Shown here: in pieces, positions 55,503 through 64,000 of the stretch | How positions within the stretch are numbered: position 1 is the first letter of the stretch | How the letters are laid out: each line of letters begins with the position of its first letter | Position numbers and translations under genes: made by a program | Assembly: GCA_964016885.1 (NCBI GenBank) | Contig: OZ024754.1 | Span: 33,294,001-33,358,000, forward strand | Reading direction: 5' to 3' | DNA: 64,000 nt | Source of the DNA: Eledone cirrhosa | Taxonomy: Eukaryota | The notes under the pieces: model-generated | Database searches by the model: none | The model's input: the letters and a program-made list of their open reading frames with translations, nothing else | What the model was told of the DNA's origin: nothing

Positions 55503-57395
55503 AAGATTCAGTAATACGACGTTGCAAATTCTCTGCCCAAGTTGACTGCTGAGTTGACCAAAGGGTAGCCCCAGTTCTAGGTTCAGTAATACAACCTTGC
55601 CAGTTCTGAGACCTAGTTGACTGCTGAGATGACCAAATGGTAGCCTCTGTTCTAGGTTCAGTAATGCAACCTTGCCAGTTCTGAGACCAAGTTGACTGCT
55701 GAGTTGATCAAAGGGTAGCCCCAGTTCTAGGTTCAGTAATGCAACCTTGCCAGTTCTGAGACCAAGTTGACTGCTGAGTTGACCAAAGGGTAGCCCCAGT
55801 TCTAGGTTCAGTAATACAACCTTGCCAGTTCTGAGACCTAGTTGACTGCTGAGATGACCAAATGGTAGCCTCTGTTCTAGGTTCAGTAATGCAACCTTGC
55901 CAGTTCTGAGACCAAGTTGACTGCTGAGTTGATCAAAGGGTTAGCCCCAGTTCTAGGTTCAGTAATGCAACCTTGCCAGTTCTGAGACCTAGTTGACTGC
56001 TGAGTTGATCAAAGGGTAGCCCCAGTTCTAGGTTCAGTAATGTAACCTTGCCAGTTCTGAGACCAAGTTGACTGCTGAGTTGATCAAAGGGTAGCCCCAG
56101 TTCTAGGTTCAGTAATGTAACCTTGCCAGTTCTGAGACCTAGTTGACTGCTGAGTTGATCAAAGGGTAGCCCCAGTTCTAGGTTCAGTAATGCAACCTTG
56201 CCAGTTCTGAGACCAAGTTGACTGCTGAGTTGATCAAATGGTAGCCCCAGTTCTAGGTTCAGTAATGTAACCTTGCCAGTTCTGAGACCTAGTTGACTGC
56301 TGAGTTGATCAAAGGGTAGCCCCAGTTCTAGGTTCAGTAATGTAACCTTGCCAGTTCTGAGACCAAGTTGACTGCTGAGTTGATCAAATGGTAGCCCCTG
56401 TTCTAGTTCAGTAATACAACCTTGCCAGTTCTGAGACCTAGTTGACTGCTGAGTTGATCAAATGGTAGCCCCAGTTCTAGGTTCAGTAATGCAACAGTGC
56501 CAGTTCTGAGACCTAGTTGACTGCTGAGATGAACAAATGGTAGCCCCTGTTCTAGGTTCAGTAATGCAACAGTGCCAGTTCTGAGACCTAGTTGACTGCT
56601 GAGATGAACAAATGGTAGCCCCTGTTCTAGGTTCAGTAATACAACCTTGCCAGTTCTGAGGACCTAGGTGACTGCTGAGTTGACCAAATGGTAGCCTCTG
56701 TTCTAGGTTCAGTAATACAACCTTGCCAGTTCTGAGACCTAGTTGACTGCTGAGATGACCAAATGGTAGCCTCTGTTCTAGGTTCAGTAATACAACCTTG
56801 CAGTTCTGTGACCTAGTTGACTGCTGAGTTGATCAAAGGGTAGCCCCTGTTCTAGGTTCAGTAATGCACCCTTGCCAGTTCTGAGACCTAGTTGACTGCT
56901 GAGGTTGACCAAATGGTAGCCTCTGTTCTAGGTTCAGTAATACAACCTTGCCAGTTCTGAGACCTAGTTGACTGCTGAGATGACCAATGGTAGCCTCTGT
57001 TCTAGGTTCAGTAATACAACCTTGCCAGTTCTGAGACCTAGTTGACTGCTGAGATGACCAAATGGTAGCCTCTGTTCTAGGTTCAGTAATACAACCTTGC
57101 CAGTTATGAGACCTAGTTGACTGCTGAGATGACCAAATGGTAGCCTCTGTTCTAGGTTCAGTAATACAACCTTGCCAGTTCTGAGACCTAGTTGACTGCT
57201 GAGATGACCAAATGGTAGCCTCTGTTCTAGGTTCAGTAATACAACCTTGCCAGTTCTGAGACCTAGTTGACTGCTGAGTTGACCAAATGGTAGCCCCTGT
57301 TCTAGGTTCAGTAATACAACCTTGCCAGTTCTGAGACCTAGTTGACTGCTGAGTTGATCAAATAGTAACCCCGCGACTGGGTTCAGTAATGCACC
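55503..57395. repeat. 75-bp satellite, about 25 units with diverged terminal units
   Basis: GTTCAGTAAT at 55581, 55656, 55731 and onward. Confidence 0.97.
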
Positions 57396-57813
57396 CCCTC
57401 TCAGTCCTGCACCTTAAACTTAGTCTACATAGTCTACATAGTTGGCTTAATGTTAGCGCCAGTCCTGCATTCAACAGAAAATACGTCTTCCATTCATTGA
57501 TTCTCCTGAAATAGGAACTTATTAGCAGGTGTTGTGAACCGTTTAGAAAGTTTGGCGCCATTTACCAAACATTATTCCAATAAAGCTTGGCACAGCCATA
57601 GTGATTCAATGAACTCAGCATCTGAAACCCACCCACCCCCATCTAAACAAAAGTGGCTTGGTTCCTTGTCAATTAATTAATTAGTTAATAGTTTTATTTA
57701 TCTATCAATTTACACACACACACACATGTACACACATGTACGCACCCACACTGACACGTTTACACCCACTATATCATCCACACACGACGGACATACACAC
57801 ATACACACACATA

Positions 57814-57863
<50 letters not shown>

Positions 57864-58597
57864 CACACCCGCACTGACACGTTTACACCCACTAACACAT
57901 CTACACACGACGTACATACACACATATATACACACAGAGACAGAAAAGCATACACGCATACAAACAACACACAGAGAGAAAAACACATTTACACATATAC
58001 ATTTTTAATGTGGTGGAAACGCTTGCGGTGGCTGAGGATCTGGGTAGGGTAGAGTAGGGGAGAGCGGGGGGGGGGCGCGGGGGGGGGGATATCCGAACCC
58101 CAAAAAATGTTAAGTTGGGGGAGGGATAGCTGACAACGGGTGGGTGGGGGAAGACAAAAGGAATTAGAAAGACAGGGGGGAGTCCGATGGACAAGAAAGG
58201 GCGAAGGGTTGTGGAGGAGGGGGAAAAAAACAATGAAAACAAAAGAAATTAGAAGAAATTGACGGGGCGAAGATGGAGGGATGGTTGAGGTGTTGATGGG
58301 GTGCTAACAGGAATAACCGCCGGCCATCTGTTATGAGCGGATCACACACGTTTGACGTAACGTCCAAACAGCGATGAAACCGTGGTGTGACGTTCATTGC
58401 GGCCGACGTCGTTTGGTGTGGAAAGTTGATTTTACATCGACCTCCCCCACCCTTTACACACATCCACCCCCTACACACATATACACACATACATATACAT
58501 ATATATACATATATACATACATACATACATGCACATACGCACGCAAGATACAGACAAATACACGCATTATTTTATACTCCTGTATAATGCGTGTGGC

Positions 58598-58729
<132 letters not shown>

Positions 58730-58788
58730 TACATATGCATGCGAATATCTGTCTATTACTATCGAACTTTTTCTTCCTCTTCCTCTCC

Positions 58789-58854
<66 letters not shown>

Positions 58855-58887
58855 ATATATATATATGTATACATATATATATATATG

Positions 58888-58921
<34 letters not shown>

Positions 58922-58949
58922 CATATGCATATATATATATACATACATA

Positions 58950-59040
<91 letters not shown>

Positions 59041-59080
59041 CTATATATATACATATATATATACATATACATATATATAC

Positions 59081-59112
<32 letters not shown>

Positions 59113-59226
59113 ATACATATATATATATACATATATATACATATACATATATATATATACATATACATATACATATACATATATATGCATATACATATAT
59201 ATATATATACATATATCTAAACACAC

Positions 59227-59263
<37 letters not shown>

Positions 59264-59482
59264 TATATATATACATATATATACATATATATATATATAC
59301 ATATATACATATACATATATATACATATATGCATATATATATACATATAGATATATATACATATATATACATATACATATATATATATACATATGCATAT
59401 ACATATATATCTACATATACATATACATATATATATATACATATACATATATATATATATACATATATACATATATATATAC

Positions 59483-59529
<47 letters not shown>

Positions 59530-59642
59530 CATATATATATATACATATATATATATATACATATACATATATATATATACATATACATATACATATATAT
59601 GCATATACATATATATATATATATACATATATCTAAACACAC

Positions 59643-59679
<37 letters not shown>

Positions 59680-60269
59680 TATACATATATTTATATATAC
59701 ATATACATATACATATATATACATATATGCATATATATACATATATATACATATATATACATATACATATATATATATACATATGCATATACATATATAT
59801 ATACATATACATATACATATATATATATACATATACATATATATATATATACATATATACATATATATATACATATACATATATATACATATATATACGT
59901 ATACATATATATACATATGCATATATATATATATATACATATACATATGCATATATATATATATATACATATGTATATATATATATACATACATATATAT
60001 ATGCATACTTATATATGTATATACATATATATATAGATGCATACATAGATATGTCGTTGTATATGTATGTATATATGAATGTGTACATGTATGTATGTAT
60101 GCATATGTTTCCGTGTGTTTCTATAACAATAATATTTCTGTTGGCATCCATCACAAAATAGACACACACACATACACACACACACAGACACACACACATT
60201 AACAGTAAAACATTTGCACACACCTACACACAACTCTAAAATACATGATCACATAGAGGTTTGAATGCA

Positions 60270-60905
60270 TGCATGTGTGTGTATTGTGTGTGTGCATGTG
60301 TGTGTTGTGTGTGTGCATGTGTGTGTGTGTGTTGTGTGTGTGCATGTGTGTGTGTTGTGTGTGTGTGTATTGTGTGTGTGCATGTGTGTGTGTTGTGTGT
60401 GTGTGTATTGTGTGTGTGCATGTGTGTGTTGTGTGTGCATGTGTGTGTGTTGTGTGTGTGTATTGTGTGTGTGCATGTGTGTGTTGTGTGTGTGTTGTGT
60501 GTGTGTATTGTGTATGTGTTGTGTGTGTGTGTATTGTGTGTGTGCTTGTGTGTGTTGTGTGCGTGTTGTGTGTGTGTATTGTGTGTGTGTTGGTGTTGTG
60601 TGTGTGTGTTGTGTGTGTGTGTATTGTGTGTGTGCATGTGTGTGTTGTGTGTGTGTTGTGTGTGTATATTGTGTTTGTGGTGTGTGTGTGTATTGTGTGT
60701 GTGCATGTGTGTGTTGTGTGTGTGTTGTGTGTGTGTATTGTGTGTTGTGTGTGTGTGTTGTGTGTGTGTTGTGTGTATGCATGTGTGTGTGCATGTGTGT
60801 GTTGTGTGTGTGTTGTGTGTGTGCATGTGTGTGTGTTGTGTGTGTGTTGTGTGTGTGCATGTGTGTGTGGTGTGTGTGCATGTGTGTGCATGTGTGTGTG
60901 TGCAT
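60270..60905. repeat. (GT)n-derived degenerate tract
   Basis: Direct reading. Confidence 0.95.
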
Positions 60906-60909
60906 ATGT

Positions 60910-61880
60910 GTGTCGGACTCTATGTATATATGTAAGGCCATATGTGTGTGTGTGTGTGTTGTGTGTGTCGGACTATATGTATATATGTAAGGCTATATAT
61001 GTGTGTGTGTGTGTGTTGTGTGTGTCGGACTATATGTATATATGTAAGGCTATATATGTGTGTGTTGTGTGTGTCGGACTATGTGTATATATGTAAGGCT
61101 ATATATGTGTGTGTATGTGTGTGTCGGACTATATGTATATATGTAAGGCTATATATGTGTGTGTGTATGTTGTGTGTCGGACTATATGTATATATGTAAG
61201 GCTATATATGTGTGTGTGTATGTGTGTGTGTTGTATGTGTCGGACTATATGTATATATGTAAGGCTATATATGTACGTGTGTGTGTTGTGTGTGTCGGAC
61301 TATATGTATATATGTAAGGCTATATATGTGTGTGTGTATGTGTGTGTCGGACTATATGTATATATGTAAGGCTATATATGTGTGTATGTATGTGTGTGTC
61401 GGACTATATGTATATATGTAAGGCTATATATGTGTGCGTGTGTGTGTGTGTTGTGTGTGTCGGACTATATGTATATATGTAAGGCTATATATGTGTGTGT
61501 GTATGTTGTGTGTCGGACTATATGTATATATGTAAGGCTATATATGTGTGTGTGTATGTGTGTGTGTTGTATGTGTCGGACTATATGTATATATGTAAGG
61601 CTATATATGTACATGTGTGTGTTGTGTGTCGGACTATATGTATATATGTAAGGCTATATATGTGTGTGTGTATGTGTGTGTCGGACTATATGTATATATG
61701 TAAGGCTATATATGTGTGTATGTATGTGTGTGTCGGACTATATGTATATATGTAAGGCTATATATGTGTGCGTGTGTGTGTGTGTTGTGTGTGTCGGACT
61801 ATATGTATATATGTAAAGCTGTATATATGTGTGTGTGTTGTGTGTGTCGGACTATATGTATATATGTAAGGCTATATATA
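60910..61880. repeat. Array of ~18 constant GTCGGACTATATGTATATATGTAAGGCTATATAT units with variable (GT) spacers
   Basis: Direct reading. Confidence 0.93.
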
Positions 61881-62004
61881 TACGATGTGGTGTGTGTATA
61901 CATGTGTAAAAATATACACTCATTCACATATGTTTATTCGTTGAAACTGCTTCGTATATATCCTCTCATATAAAATGAAGCACGCACAAGACACGCAATA
62001 TATA

Positions 62005-62074
<70 letters not shown>

Positions 62075-62437
62075 TGTGTGTTCGCGTGTGTGTATACACA
62101 TACATATATATATTAGATATATGTGTGTGTATGTGTGTGTGTGTGGGTGTGTTTGTATATATATATATATATACATATAGATGTGTATGTGTGTATACAT
62201 AAACGGTGTCCCCCCAAAATATATACGTATATTTACTAGAATGTTGTTGAAGTGTGTATACATTTTTGGGACTCCCTGTGTGTATATATATATATATATA
62301 TATTTAATGCAATGAAATACCAATGACCGTTGGCAAATCACTGATGGGGGACTCATTTTATAACATGTTATCCATGTGCAACCATGCAGTATTCTTCTCC
62401 CCATATTTTTCACATATATATATATATATATATATAT

Positions 62438-62642
62438 AACGAAGGAAATGTGGTAAGGAACCAGGTGGACCATAACGCACCAAAGTACTCAATACTTAGG
62501 GTAGTAGAGTTGGTAATAGGAACGAGTAGGACCCCGACGGCTGAGCTCAAGCCGTTTCGACGGCTAATTCTGGACGCTAATTCTGGTCCAGAATTAGCCG
62601 TCGAAACGGCTTGATCTCAGCCGTCGGGGTCTTACTCGTTCC
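62438..62642. mobile_element. Family F asymmetric fold-back element
   Basis: Centre has a duplication, CTGGACGCTAATTCTGGTCCAG. Confidence 0.88.
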
Positions 62643-62828
62643 TATATATATATATTAGAAAGTGAGGTTTTTTTTACAAAATGAAAAATAACCGAGGTGT
62701 CCTACACGAGTGAAAGTATAAAGAAAAAAAGATGAAATCGAAAATGCAACTGGAGTCTTATTTTTTTTTTAAATATATATATTTATTTGGTTCCTTATAT
62801 ATATAAATACATATATATATATATATAT

Positions 62829-62886
<58 letters not shown>

Positions 62887-62933
62887 TTATATATACACAC
62901 ATATATATATATATATACATTTATATGTATGTG

Positions 62934-63034
<101 letters not shown>

Positions 63035-63589
63035 GTATATATATGTATACATTTATATGTGTGTGTGTGTGTAATATATATATATATATATATATATATT
63101 CATATACGCATGCCTTCAACAAACACACGTGTGCACGTGTGTTTTCCAAGGGTAAAATAATTACGAGGCTGATGATTGGAAGAGAGTGTCGATATAGATA
63201 GATAGACAGATATTAGATGAGAGGGAGAGACGGGGAAAGAGAGAGTGAGAGAGGGAGAGAGAGGGTGGTTGAGAGACAGAAAGAGATAGAGAGTGTCGAT
63301 ATAGATAGATAGATATTAGTTGAGAGGGAGAGACGGGGAGTGAGAGTGAGGGAGAGAGAGAGGAAGTGAGAGAGAGAGAGAGGGGGTTGAGAGACAGAAA
63401 GAGATAGGAAGTGTCGATATAGATGGATAGTTATTAGTTGAGAGAGAGAGAGAGGGAGTGAGAGAGAGAGAGGGAGAGAGAGAGAAAGAGAGAGAGAGGG
63501 AGAGAGAGAAAGAGAGGGAAAGAGTGAGTGCGTGAGGATGTGTATGAATGAGAGAGGGACAGAGAGTAGAAGAAAGATGGGTGGTGATA

Positions 63590-64000
63590 TGTGAGGGAGA
63601 GGGGGACAGTTGTGATGTGTATGAAATGTGGGAGGGATAGGGGGACAGTTGTGATGTTTATGTAATGTGGCAGGGAGACGTGGACAGTTGTGACGTTTAT
63701 GTAATGTGGGAGGGAGAGGGGGACAGGTGTGACGTTTATGAAATGTGGGAGGGAGAGGGGGACAGTTGTGATGTTTATGTAATGTGGCAGGGAGACGGGG
63801 ACAGTTGTGACGTTTATGTAATGTGGGAGGGAGAGGGGGACAGTTGTGACGTTTATGAAATGTGGGAGGGAGAGGGGGACAGTTGTGATGTGTATGTAAT
63901 GTGGGAGAGAGAGGGGGACAGTTGTGATGTGTATGTAATGTGGGAGGGAGAGGGGGACAGTTGTGATGTGTATGTAATGTGGGAGGGAGAGACAGTTGTG
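63590..64000. repeat. 39-40-bp minisatellite (GGGACAGTTGTGATGTGTATGTAATGTGGGAGGGAGAGG)
   Basis: About 10 units, running off the window edge. Confidence 0.93.

Noticed and set aside
57570-57630. Possible terminal exon (TTTCAG|ATGCTGAG..)
   Set aside because: Purine-rich upstream tract, very short frames, no recognisable homology
60910-61880. CRISPR-like repeat-spacer appearance
   Set aside because: Spacers are GT microsatellite variants of one another; eukaryotic context; no cas genes

Overview
Eukaryotic, almost entirely non-coding, microsatellite-saturated DNA. The SINE and repeat complement looks like a coleoid cephalopod/Octopus-type genome, which is an inference. Nearly all supplied ORFs are translations of (TA)n, (GGT)n, (GT)n or (GA)n tracts. 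Real content: about 15 copies of one tRNA-derived SINE; decayed LINE fragments (CR1-like, R4/Dong-like, Tx1-like, RTE-like); pogo/Tigger-like MITEs; a Helentron/HINE-like element; 19-, 75- and 104-bp tandem arrays; and two Penelope-like (PLE) coding relics (a GIY-YIG endonuclease and an RT N-terminus). The most striking signal is a dense population of short (100-650 bp) elements inserted in (TA)n tracts. They belong to 8 or more unrelated sequence families, many carry a minimal type I hammerhead ribozyme core (CUGANGA...GAAA...UH with a tiny, often palindromic stem III), and they recur as asymmetric fold-back palindromes (one short arm, one arm with a fixed tail). One family folds back exactly in the putative ribozyme stem II. 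A few unique segments bounded by good minus-strand splice sites suggest a possible spliced host transcript. No intact protein-coding gene was recognised.
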